Assembly (NCBI GenBank): GCA_965645245.1 | Contig: OZ287074.1 | Span: 2,046,001-2,110,000 of the forward strand | Length of the DNA: 64,000 nt | From: Massalongia carnosa | Lineage: Eukaryota | Direction: 5' to 3' | Part shown: positions 36,101 to 48,400 of the stretch, in pieces | How positions within the stretch are numbered: position 1 is the first letter of the stretch | Layout: each line of letters opens with the position of its first letter | Position numbers and translations under genes: made by a program | Notes under the pieces: generated by a model | What the model was told of the DNA's origin: nothing | Database searches by the model: none | What the model saw: only the letters and a program-made list of their open reading frames with translations

Positions 36101-37378
36101 ACGCCACTTCACCTTGCTGCCAGAGCCGGGAAACCCGAAGTCGTAGAACTCATCCTAATGCTGGGAGCCGATAGATCGGTGCTATCAAATGCTGGCCAAA
36201 CTCCAACCGAACTAGCGAAGCAGGTAGTATCCAAAGAACACCTGGAGGCTATTCAGATACTAGAAACTTTTGGAACGCCAGACTACCAGCCATGGCAACC
36301 ATCTCCGGATCCGAAGACTAAATCCACTGCGGCCGATGATGCAGCTCTAAACATGGTAGACGCGAACCAGAAGCTGCATAACGAACAACATGCGCCTAGT
36401 CTTAGAGTCCCACCTACTTCGAAATTGAATATTAACATAAACCCTCCAACGGACGCCTATGCGACCCCGTCATTTCAAGCTAGTTTGAGGTTTGGGACGC
36501 AGCAACCGCACTATCAACCTTATCGAACGGCATCGGCGCCGATTGTGCCATCCACTCAGCAGTACACACCAGCTTCTTTTTCTCCGCCAGTGATGAGTCC
36601 ACCTCCACCATATACGCCTGCTCCCTCAGGCGTGCCGGCATTCCAGGCATTTCCGGAGAAAGGTCAATTTGCTCCAGCCACTCCTTTCGTTCCCCAACCA
36701 AACTCAAACCCTTGGCCGTCGCCTGCTTCCCCTGGACCCTTGGCGCTAGCTGACGGACGACAACCACTCACCTACGAGAATACGCCGAGAAATCCTGTAC
36801 TCGGTTTTCAAACCCCACAAACCTCGTTGATGTCACCGCCACAACCCAATCCTCCGCAGCACCAGCAATCACCCCATCCTCCCGCATCATCTTTATCGTA
36901 CACGTCTCAACCTCCTCAACCGTCGCAACGACCGATGAATCATCCTGCCTATTCATATGGGCCTCCGATAACAGCTCACATCAATCAGCCGGCATATAAT
37001 CCTCCATCACGCACAGCACCAGAACCGACCTTAGCGACATTCACCCCCCATGCTGGCATGCCCACAGGATTATACACAACGTCGGGGCCGACCATTTTCA
37101 CAGGTTCCCCGTCGTCCCCGCCGGCCCCAGCTCTAAGTACCGCAGCCAGCTATAGTTCCCAATACGAGTACAACGCCCCAGCACTCACCCAGCCTTATAT
37201 TCCGGAGGCTCAATCCTCCGCTTATCTGTCCATCAGCTTCACCCCTTCATCGCAGACTCGGCCGCCCGAGCAATATGCCTCACGGCCAGGGACGCCGAAT
37301 CTGTACTTTGCGCCGCCGCCTTCGCCGTCTCTGCAAAAGAAGAAGAGCTGGCGGGACTTGGGCGGGATCTTGAAGTGA
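33194..37378 (+). CDS. Fungal NLR: short N-terminal motif + NACHT + ankyrin repeats + Pro/Gln-rich tail (about 1375 aa)
   Basis: Exon 1 33194-33305, intron 33306-33362, exon 2 in frame with ORF 33548..37378. CL..LF.T.P..DR..I...KG...GTCDWI, Walker A GGAGMGKT, Walker B IIDGLDE, GTFLWV, multiple TALHLAA ankyrin repeats. Confidence 0.93.
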
Positions 37379-37515
37379 AATGCGCATGGCACGATTGATT
37401 CTCGGTGTTATCAATTAGACGTTCTGATGAGAATATTATAAAAACCATTAATATAATTTGAATAGTACGCGTTATTGTTGTTTGTCTATGTTATTTTTTT
37501 GTTCTAAATGCAATC

Positions 37516-37589
37516 TAATCGTGTCAAGAAACTAGTAATCGAAGCGTAGTAGGCGACTCGCTTCGATTACTAGTATCTTGACACGATTA
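37516..37589. repeat. 74-nt near-perfect inverted repeat (hairpin)
   Basis: TAATCGTGTCAAGAAACTAGTAATCGAAGCG..CGCTTCGATTACTAGTATCTTGACACGATTA. Confidence 0.9.
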
Positions 37590-40500
37590 TAAGATTTTTG
37601 AATTTTTTAACATCATCTTGTTTCTCGAAATAATAGATATTATCAAGCTTGATTTTTGGAATTCAGAATTTCCACGTTTATAATCAAAATTCATAAATTA
37701 ATCTTCAAATTGGTTAATCCGACTCATTTACGGAAACCGTAGATGTTATATCGTTCAAGAAACACTAATAGGTGTTGGTCCAAAGTTGAACATTTAACAC
37801 ATAAAGTCTGAAATTGCCTGTGACATTAAATACTCCCCGCTAACTACCCCGATCAACCTCCCTCTTTCCCACCTCTCAACAAATCTTAAGACAAGCCCCC
37901 TAGTAGTCGCCGCGGTAAAGTGGTCAGCCGCTGCATCGTGCCTCTTTTGAACGCGATCTGGACGCTGTACGAGTGGCCCGCTAGCCACAAGTCCTCCGTC
38001 AGCACTGCAAAGCTCGGGATCACCTACGTGCGCGACTCCCGCGGCTATGGCCTACTTCTTCCCTGTGGTTTTGCCACTGCTGAAATTGGAGGCCTCGGCC
38101 TCGGACGTGGGGCCGGTGGTGACCTGCTTCGCACGATCCGCGAGTTTCGTGGTCAGGACTGTGTCGGGCGAGTTCATGCGGTCAGAAATTACACGCTGTG
38201 GGTGGTAAGCAGATAATGGCGGTTATAGATGAGAGGAAGAGCAGAAGAGAAAGGGTGATAGAAGCACAAGAGAGGATTAACATAACTTTCGGTATATTTA
38301 TACATAAGTCTCGCCACTCTCTGGTAGAATCGTTCCAATAATTCGCTATGCTTGTGCCTTGGGCTTGCTATGCTGGTCGGTATCAAATGCTAGATGATGA
38401 TTCGATTGGTGCTCGTAGCCAGACTATTTGCGCACTCCAGGTCCAAGCTCAAGTACGAGGCATTTGCATTCTACCTCTTGAAGTCCCCGCTCGGTGTGAT
38501 GTACATACGGCTTGACCACCGTCACTTCCCACCGTTGATGCGCAATGAATTTAGAGTTTTCGTGGGCCATGTAATCTTATGCCCGATCCGTGTTGCTGGC
38601 GCGGTAAAGGGCTGTCTAGCCTTCGCCAGGCGCGTCCAGCTGCCGTTCCAGCTGGTTTAACCCCAGCTTTGGATTTCAGTTGATAGCCATATGAGGGATG
38701 TTGGTAAAGTCGAAGACGATGCAGCAGATTGAAGCGGCCGCCTACCTTTCCCCATCGCATACATCCAGGCTTTAAAGATAGACTTGAATGTTTCCTTCCC
38801 GGCTGCCACATGAATTGTCCACGCAAGCTGCATGATGTAAGGCGAACCCGGCAGGCCCTCCAGTGTCGTAGTCTATAAAGAACCATTGCTCGCCTTGCAG
38901 ACTTGTTGATCTATTGACCTGGCTTTGTGGGTTTGAGTAGCCTGGATTGTGTGAGGATTGTGAAAGATTACTCTGTAATCTAATCTGGCTGCCTTTCTTT
39001 TAACCAACAGCTCAATTCCTCGACGTGGTGATTGAGGATTCCGTCAAACCCGACCAAAGCCGTCAAGTTGCGTCGAGGTGCTCCGTACTTGACAGCCGCG
39101 AGCCATGCGCGTGGGATGAAGGGTTTGTTGTGAACCAAGCGAAAGTTTTAACTCGAGCGTTTCATACAAATACACAGATATGCGGACTAATCGTCGGCTC
39201 GTTTAGCTCCGTTGGATCCGACTAAAAGGCGTTCGCCTTTTCATCGTCGGCTCGCTTAGTGGGATCCGACTCGGAGGCCGTCGCCTCCTAGTCGGGGAAA
39301 GCGATTTGCATCCGGAAAGCGATTTGCATCCATTCAAACTGAAATTTTCACCTTTTACCCTCAACCACATTGATTTATTGATTCTAAATTTCATACAAAG
39401 CTCGAAAGGCATCGTCATCATCAAATCCGTCATTAAAATCATCCCTCTGACCCCCCTGACCCCCTTGACCACCCTGACCACCCTGATTATTCTGATCTTC
39501 CTGATACCCCGCATACCCCGCATCTCCCTCATAATTCGAAGCATCTCCCGATTCGAAACCTGGATCGAAAGACACAAAATCATCTCGTAGCCATGCTTCT
39601 TCTTCTGGAATGTCCGGAATGTTCGAAATGTTCGAAATGCCTCCATTTCTAGCTTCAGTCTCATCTACAATAAATGTGACGTCTTCTTCAACATTGGCAC
39701 GAGCAGATGCAGATGGATTCTTTCTGGCTTCTTTTTTCGCTTCCTCAGCTATCCACACCTCATTTGTCGCTTTCCATAATGCCTCGGGGTCAGGAATCTC
39801 CTCATACATCTCAACTGAGATGGCACCGAGCCCTTTCTGCATCTCTTTTAGTCGTTTGACTCGATCCCTTCTGCTTTTCGAGCAGTCACCCCTTTGACAT
39901 GAATTTCGTCTCTTTCCGTTCTCCACAACTTCATGAAGTTATTATTCTCCTTCTTCTTCTCAATTTCCTGATCTTTTTGTAGCTTCATGGCTATAGCTTG
40001 CTTCGCATCTTCAGCGGTTATTCCCAATCTTCCGATTTCAGGTCTCAATCTTTTACGAGATATTCGTCTGCTGTTTAGCTGATTCGTTCTTTGCTGCTGA
40101 TACATTTCAAGCTCCGCTTCTCCGAGTATAGACTTCGAAATGATCTCTTTCGTACCAGCTATAAAAGAAGCAAATTCCCCTGCTCGGGCGGGATCACTCC
40201 ATTGCATAGATTCTTGAATTTTTGACCCCCATTGACGCAATCCATGTTCTATGTCGACTATATCCCTAGGTTGAATTTGACGAGGTAGAGGAAGTGAGGG
40301 CTGATCAGTCAGATCAGAATTGTTCAGACTAGAATTGTCGAGAATGAATTGTTTCAGCTGACGAATGCATGCTTCTGGATTGACCAGCCACATTCCCGAA
40401 TTTTCAAATGCATGTCGGATTGTAGAAGCTTTGAATGTCTGGTTTCTAATTTTGATCAAATCCTGAAGAAACCGAGTCAGGGAATACTCGACAAATGACG

Positions 40501-41181
40501 ATGCAACATTCTCCTCAATTAGCCTGTTGATGCCAGTGTTTATAGGGCTGAAATACGCCGACATCCAATGGCTGCATGCAATGAGTCAAATGTGGAATTA
40601 GTGGGTAGGGACGAATGTGATTTTCATTGGCCAGAAGTACAAATTCAGGAGTAACGTGACTGCTATGATTATCCATCAGGAGCAATTTCCAATCTGCATT
40701 AGGTCCTACATCCGAATTTTGAATGAGATGCTTCAAATATTCAATTGCTATCTTATCAGATGTGAAACCACTGACTGAAGGCACAATACGCGTGCCCACC
40801 GGCAAATCCTCCGAAAACCACGTCGCCATGATTTCCTGACCCTGTATGATGATCATGGGGGGAGGGGATAGTCGCCAGCAGCATTGATCGTCTCAATGAC
40901 CGTCGCAGATCTGCGATTCTCCGGGCTGACGGCGTAGAATTGCTTGATTTCCTGACCCTTCATGCATCCAATTCGAAAACCAGCTTCATCAAAGTTTAGA
41001 ATGTTTCGTCTTCTTCTGATTTTCAATTCTCTCAATACCTCTTTGTAGCCATCAAACTATTTGATCACATCTGATTCTTCAGCGGCTTCAAAGCGAATCA
41101 TTGGTAATGGTTTGGTCTTAATCTTGTGTAAATTGCTACGTTTCCACCAAGACCGAAACCATCGTCTTGATGGAGCTTTTA

Positions 41182-43369
41182 CGGGATTTCCCGGTGAAAC
41201 GCCGAACCCGGTGACAACGCCGAATTTTAGAAAATTACTCCGCACCACCTTACCCTCTTCAACCATGAATAACACTACTACCACCGCGCCAATTGACCAA
41301 GCAATTGCTAATTTAGAATCGCAAGAGCGACCAAATATACTTGCAACTGCTAAGAAATTTGGCCTAGTCGAAAGTACTCTTCGGCGGCGATGGAAAGGCC
41401 AATCGGTCTCCCGACGGGAGGCTTCATCCACACATAAGCAACGCCTCACAACGGTCCAAGAAGAGGCTCTAATCTCACAAATCAATCGATTAACCGACAG
41501 AGGAATACCTCCTACCCCTACAATTGTGCGCAATTTGGCAGAAGAAATGATCCAGTCGTCAGTAGGTAGGAACTGGGCGGGAGAATTCACTAAGCGAAAT
41601 CAAGATAGACTTAAAAGTCTATATTTACGCAACATGGACAGTCTACGCATAAAGTCTGAGTATGCACCTACATTCAAACAATTCTATGATCAGGTCCGTA
41701 GTTTTGACAATATAACTGCCCCTAATTGCGTCGCATTTGTGCCTAATAGTCAACATTTCTTCTAGTTGATCGCGGGCATCGAAAAATATAACATCACAGC
41801 AGATAACGTCTATAATTGGGACGAAAAGGGCTTTTTAATTGGCATGGCCTCTGCCGTAAAGCGAATAATGACTCTTGAAGCTCTAGAATCGGGGCGCATA
41901 ACCCATGCGAGTCAAGATGGAAGTCGTGAATTCATCAGTCTACTGGCTTGCATATGCGCAAACGGTACCGCTTTACCACCCGCGCTGATCTACAGAGGCG
42001 ATTCAAAGACACTTCAGGATACATGGTTAGAAGATTGGAGTGTAGATCAGCAAGCTTTCTTCGCGGTCTCCTCCAATGGATGGAGTTGTGACCTGCTTGG
42101 TCTGAACTGGCTTGAGCGTGTTTTTGAACGATGTACGAAGCAAATGGGGCATAGAAGGCGGTTGCTGGTGGTGGATGGTCATTCTAGCCACGTCAATATG
42201 AAATTCATCAATAAATGCGATGAACTACGAATTCTATTGATGATTCTACCATCGCATACTACGCACCGGTTGCAACCCCTAGATGTTTCATTGTTTGCCC
42301 CCCTGGCCCGGTATTATACGAATGGCCTCAATGATATGATGTTTAACTCATTGGGCACAGTGAACATATCAAAAAGAGTCTTCTGGGGTGTTTTTTGGCC
42401 TGCCTGGCAGAAGGCCTTCAATGAAAAGAACATAAACTCTGGGTTTGAGAAGACAGGCATATGGCCGTACAATCCAAACATCCTACTAGATAAAATCACC
42501 AAATCGCCTTCACCAGAGGAGATACCTAACGTCACACAAGCACCCAAGACACCTATGACGGGACGGGCGGTTCGTCGCATACAAAAAGCCTACGTAAAAG
42601 AGCCAAATAGAGTTTTGTTGTCCAAGATATTTGCTGCAAATGAGCGTCTCGCAGCTAATCGTTCTATTGATCAACACGTAATTAGGGGCCTATGTGAGGC
42701 ACTTAAAGAGGAAAAGAAACGACGAAAACGTGGTAAACGCCTGAATTTGCTAGGTGAAGAAGATTCTGGGCCTCAATTTTCAGTCCGGGTAGGGTGGCAG
42801 CGGCCAGAGCCTATCAGGCTTCAAAAGATGACGAAAAGACACGACGGCAACAGGATCTCGCTGAAAAACGGGCACAATTAGTTTTTAACAAGTCGCTGAA
42901 GGAAAAAGAAAAGCAAGAACGGGCCCTAGTTGCTATAGAAAAAAAACGATTGATCGAGGAGGCGAGGCAGTCTAAAGCGGTCGAAAAGCAGGCCCAAAAA
43001 GAATTGAAAAACGCAAGTACTAAGCCTTCTGAATTATCGCTGAGGTTGAAATCGACATCTACAGGGCCAAAGCAGGTGCCAAAGTGTCGAAAGCAGTCCC
43101 AGGAGCAAAGTGATGATGTCGAGGTGGTTGGTGGAGTGGAAATGATAATTTCTCGTACATCTAGGGGGAGAGAGGTGCGAAAGCCAAATCATTTTGGCGA
43201 ATAGAATTTTTCTTCTATACATCAAATTGGACACCTTCTATGTACAATTTACCAAAGCTTCAGTGTATCAATCGTGGTGGTTGTCGCATGGTAGCAAAAA
43301 ATAGCAAAGTGCCGAAATTTAGAAATTTCGGCGTTCTCACCGGGTTCGGCGTTTCACCGGGAAATCCCG
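41182..43369 (+). mobile_element. Pogo/Fot1 DNA transposon C inserted in B's transposase
   Basis: TIRs CGGGATTTCCCGGTGAAACGCCGAACCCGG..., TA on both sides. Removing C restores B's frame (AHKL|KAPSRRWF). Confidence 0.95.
41265..43204 (+). pseudogene. Transposase of element C (HTH-psq/CENPB + DDE_1), one intron, C-terminal frameshift
   Basis: Exon 41265-41693, intron 41694-41765; NWDEKGF, VDGHSSH, QPLDVS; 1-nt deletion near 42780. Confidence 0.85.
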
Positions 43370-45457
43370 TAATTTATGAGCCTTTCTCAGACTTACAATT
43401 GCATTAAAAGCCATGTAATGCGTAGGTGGAATTCCATGTATCAATAAGGATTTAATGAATCCATCTAAAGCCCTAGCTTCATGCTCTTTCAGTATCTGAT
43501 TTTCTCCCCCCTTTTTTTTCCCTTCTTTTTTCTGTCCTTCTTTCGGATGACGACGAACAAAAGACGTCAACGTTTTAACGTTGACATTGTAGATTTTTGA
43601 CGCAGCAGCCTTGCTTTCTTCGGGATGATCAATCAGAAATTGCTTCGCTTCTTCCAATTTTTCCATGGGGCTGAGAGTGGAAACCAAGATTGAGGCATTA
43701 TTTTCCATGGTACGAAGGGAGGTTGAAAACCTCTTTTCGAAAGTTGCAAATGCGATAATAAAGGATCGGAAATTGAGGGGGGGGGATAATTTTGATGACA
43801 ACGATAACGACGACGATGCTTTCAAGCTTTTTACGATATTAAGTAATGATTGATCAATGTGGTTGAGGGTAAAAGGTGAAAAATGGTCAAAATTTCAGTT
43901 TGAATGGATGCAAATCGCTTTCCCCGACTAGGAGGCGACGGCCTCCGAGTCGGATCCCACTAAGCGAGCCGACGATTAGTCGGGGAAAGCGAAGCATCCC
44001 GGCAAGCGATGCATCCTGCCAAAATCAGAAAATTTTCAACTTTTTCAACTTTTCTTAGCAACCACCTTGATTTATTGATTCTAAATTTCGAAAATTGATA
44101 TGTATAGCCCTTGCAGCATTTATTCGGTAAAATAACTTCTCAATTACCTCATTTGCAGCACTGTATCGCCTCCGTCGCATTTCCAGCATTTAACCTTCGT
44201 CGCATTTTCAGTCTGCCAAACCAACCATGGATCGTTCCAACGCCGCCCCCCTCACCCCCCTCACCTCATTAGAAGAGGCGAAGCAATTTTTGGAGGAACA
44301 TCCATCCGAAAGCAAGACCACGGCAGCGATAATTTTTGGCCTCAATGTCAAAACATTGACGGCCTCTATTCGACGGAATTCTAGAACGAAAAAGGGAGGA
44401 CAAAATCGAATGATGAAGGATCATGAAATAAGAGCTCTTGATCAATTTATTCGATCTTTATTGGCACATGGAATTCCGCCTACACATCAGATTGTTTTCA
44501 ATGCAATTGGAAGTCTGAAGAGAGCTCATGATCCTGCCTTCGTAGGTCCATCTCAAAGATGGTTTCGGAGTTGGTGGAAAAGTAGCGGTCTTCATAAAAT
44601 AAAGACAAAACCATTGCCAATGACACGTTTTGAAGCAGCCCACGAATCAGGTTTGATGCAATGGTTTGAAAATTATAAGCTTGTTTTAGAAGAATTGGAA
44701 ATTCGTCATCGACGAAATATTCTGAATTTCGATGAGGCGGGGTTTCGTATCGGCTGCATGAAGGGGCAGGAAGTTCTGCTTCCCCCAGATATCAGACAAT
44801 TTTACGCTGTTAGCCCGGAAAACCGCAGATCTGCGACCATCATGGAGACAATAAATGCCGCCGGCGATTTCCCCCCCCCTCCCATGATTATCATACAAGG
44901 GCATGACATCATGGCTACCTGGTTTTCAGAAGATTTGCCGTAGGGCACACGTATCGTACCTTCGAACAGTGGTTTTACATCTGATAAGTGATAAGATAGG
45001 GATTGAATATCTGCAGCATCTCATCAAGCACACAGATTGCGGACCTGATGCGGATTGGAAATTGCTGCTGATGGATAATCATGGCAGTCATATAACTCCT
45101 GAATTTGTCAAATTGGCTAATGAGAATCGGATTCGTCCCTTTCCATTTATTCCGCATTTGTGTTGAAATAGGTATATGACTATGGCTATATGGCTATGAT
45201 AAAAATGGTATGTATGACCGTGATGTTAAGGATGAAGAGTGCTGTTCAGCAGTCTTTGTCCCATAACTGGTCACCCTCTGCTAAGCGAGGTGATAAGATT
45301 ATCTGAGCTGATCTTATCTAATCTCTAGGCTAAGCCTAATACGGCATCTACGGTTTCTGTAGGTGCTCTGTCCATCTTGGGCAGTCGTAGGTGCTATGTT
45401 CATTGAACTGGTAGGTGTTCACTGTACTGGTAGGAGTTGAATATTCAACACCCCCCC

Positions 45458-48400
45458 TCAAGTCCTGCCAGTACTTGTTTTGCCTGTAGGTTCAACCGTG
45501 GTTGAATTGTTATCCATGTGTAATTGTCTGACAAACGAGAAGAACTTAACATGAGTGAGAGGTTTTGTCAGTCCGTCTGCTATCATGTCTTCTGTTGAGA
45601 CATAGGTGAGGTCGATTCGTCCCTCGAGGACCTCGTTCCGGATGAAGTGATGCTGAATGTCTATGTGCTTAGTCCTAGCGTGTAAGACAGGATTGTTGGC
45701 AAGGGCTATGGCGCTTTGATTGTCGCCTTTTAATGCGATGGTGCCTTCTCCTCTTAACACATTTACCGTTGGGGATTCGTTGTCTATAGTCATTAATCCA
45801 AGTTCGGTCATCAGTAAACGTAGCCATGTGGCCTCCTTTGCTGCTAAGGTAAGTGCCATATACTCTGCTTCAGTTGATGATAATGCGACGGTTGTTTGTC
45901 TTTTGGAGCACCAGCTTATGGGTCCATTGTTTAACATGAAGACATAACCAGACGTTGACTTGCGTTCTTCCTTGTCTCCGGCCCAGTCGGAATCGGAATA
46001 CCCTTGTATTGTCAGGTCTCCTCCGCCGAAGGTGATACCTCTGTCCTTGGTAGCGCTAAGATACCTGAGAATATGTTTGGCCGCTTCCATGTGTGTCCTG
46101 CTTGGATTTTTCGAATGTCGACTGACTGCAGATGTTGCAAAAGCAATGTCGGGTCTTGTTTCTATCATCGCGAACATGATGGATCCAACAATGGTTTGAT
46201 ATTGTCTAATGTCTTTGTCGGAGGCTTGGGATTCATTGGTGAAAAGACATTCTTCTCGCATGGGAGTATTGGCTGTTTTTGCATTTTGCATATGAAATCT
46301 TTCTAGCACTTTCTCAATATAGGTTGGTTGAGATAGCTTGATGATCCTTTTGACTCGATCTCGTTCGACCTTGAGACCTAAGTAGTAACTGATCGGTCCC
46401 ATGTCTACCATTTTGAATGCTAGCTTGAGTTGTCTCTTGACTTCGGTGATCATTTGGGAGCCCTTTGGACCTATGATGTTCAGATCATCAACGAAAGAAG
46501 TAACGATGGGACCTTTTATGCCTTGAGGTGTGGCGAAGATGCTGTGGTCTGCGTGAAGCTTCTCGAGTCCTAATTTTTGCAGCAGAAAGGTAGAAAGTCG
46601 TTCATACCAGAGGCGAGGAGACTGTTTTAGACCATACAGGGCCTTGTTCAGTTTACATATCATGCCGGGTACGTCATAACCTTTTGGCATGTGAACATAG
46701 ATGAGTTGATCAATGAAGCCATTGAGGAAAGCTGTCACTATATCGAGTTGTTCGATATCCAAGTCATGATAAGCAGCTAATGCGAATATCAGACGAAAGG
46801 CCATCGGCTTGACCACAGAAGCGAAGGTTTGATCGAAGTCTACTCCGTATTGTTGTAGATATCCCTTGACGACCCATCTAGCTTTGAAGCGGGTGATGTT
46901 TCCATTCACATCTTTCTTTAGCTTATATACCCACTTACCGCTTAATGCTATGTGTCCAAGTTTCATGGTTTCGATAGGTACAGTGTCCCAGGTGTTGTTT
47001 TCCATGAGGCTCTTGTGCTCTTCGTTCATTGCCAGGCTCCATTCGTTTGAATAGCTGGAGTTCATTGCTTGATGATATGTCTGTGGCTCAGCTATGTCTG
47101 ATTGAACGAACGCATCAAGATCGTTTAGGTTTGCTGCTCCCTCTTTTTCCATTTCCTTGGCTAGAAGTATGAGTGGATCTTCTTCATCTTTGTCTACCAT
47201 TGTGAAGATATGCTCTGGTTCAGTCAGTGCTTCATTAGACAGAAGGGCCAGTACTTGTGCTACATGAGCATGTTTCCTGGGCCTACCTCTTCCTCGTTTT
47301 GAAGCTTCAGTGACTTCGGGATTTAACCGTGGTTGAGTTCTGGAAGAGTTGGAAATGGCTTTAGGCAGATTCTCATCTTCTTCAACAATAATCACGGAAT
47401 CGTATGTAGGCAGATCAGTCTCATTCTTGTCTATAGCATCTTCATGAATTCGTAGATCTTTGACTCGAATGACCTTGTAGTCTTTTTCCAGGAAGACGCG
47501 ATAGATAGTGTTTCCGTCATATCCACACAAGATTCCTTTCTGAGCTCTTGGGGCGAATTTTGCAGACTTGCTGTTCATTCCCTTTCGCTCTTGTTCATGA
47601 ATCAATGCATAAACGGTGGATCCAAGTACTCTCAAGTGATCTAGCTTGGGTGGTTTGTTCTCAAAGACTTCATAGGGGGTTTTACCTCCCAAGGCGTTTG
47701 TTGGTCTAACGTTTTTGGTGTGAACCATGGCTAAAACGACTTCTGTCCACAGATAATCTGGAATTCCTCCACCAATAACTGTGCATCTTGTCATGTCCAT
47801 GATGGTCCTACCCATTCGTTCTGCGACACCGTTTTCTTCTTGAGAATATGTGGCGGAAGGTTCATATATTATACCTTGTTGAAGGAACCAGTTATCTGAC
47901 TTGTGACTGCGTAGTTCTGTGCCGAAGTCAGTGCGAAAGATGCTTATTGGCTTTGCTTTCCCAGATTTGTTTTGAGCCATGTTGTTGTATGTCAACAAGT
48001 GATCAAACCATTCACTTTTTTTGTGTCCCGTATAAACATGAGTGTATCTGCTGGCGTCACAGGTGAAGGTGAAGAAGTAGAGCTCTTCAAGGAGCCCTAC
48101 TGGTTTGATTGGTCCTACCATGTCGGAGTTTATTTTCTGGAAGATCTCCGTGGCTTTCTCTTGTGGAGTTCGATTGTATATCTTGGTGGCTTTCCCCATC
48201 TCGCAAGCATGACAGAACCAACCCTGATTGATATCGTCAACAAACGTTATGTTCAGTGTTTTCAGGTACTTTCGGCATGTCGGTATGTTGAGATGACCAA
48301 GACGTGCATGCCAAGTTGTGAGCTTGAATTTTATGAAAGTTTGATGAATAGCGACGTTTTCTTCTTGATAAGTGTTCTCGTCAATCGTGTTCAGATGCAT

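Larger units (their letters stand above)
39243..43976 (-). mobile_element. Pogo/Fot1 DNA transposon B, relative of A, inserted in A's left TIR
   Basis: TIRs ATCGTCGGCTCGCTTAGTGGGATCC... at 39243 and the inverse ending 43976; right flank TA, left flank TC. Frameshifted transposase about 43709..39384 (NFDEAGF, MDNHSSH, QPLDVG). Confidence 0.92.

Noticed and set aside
37900..38900. Possible gene fragment on the minus strand
   Set aside because: No consistent frame or family motif identifiable by eye.
41061..41264. N-terminal extension of ORF 41061..41765
   Set aside because: Chimeric read-through from element B antisense sequence and C's TIR; the real start is ATG 41265.
43337..43371. C-terminus RDFPVKRRTR of ORF 43337..43825
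   Set aside because: Derived from C's TIR after the insertion point.
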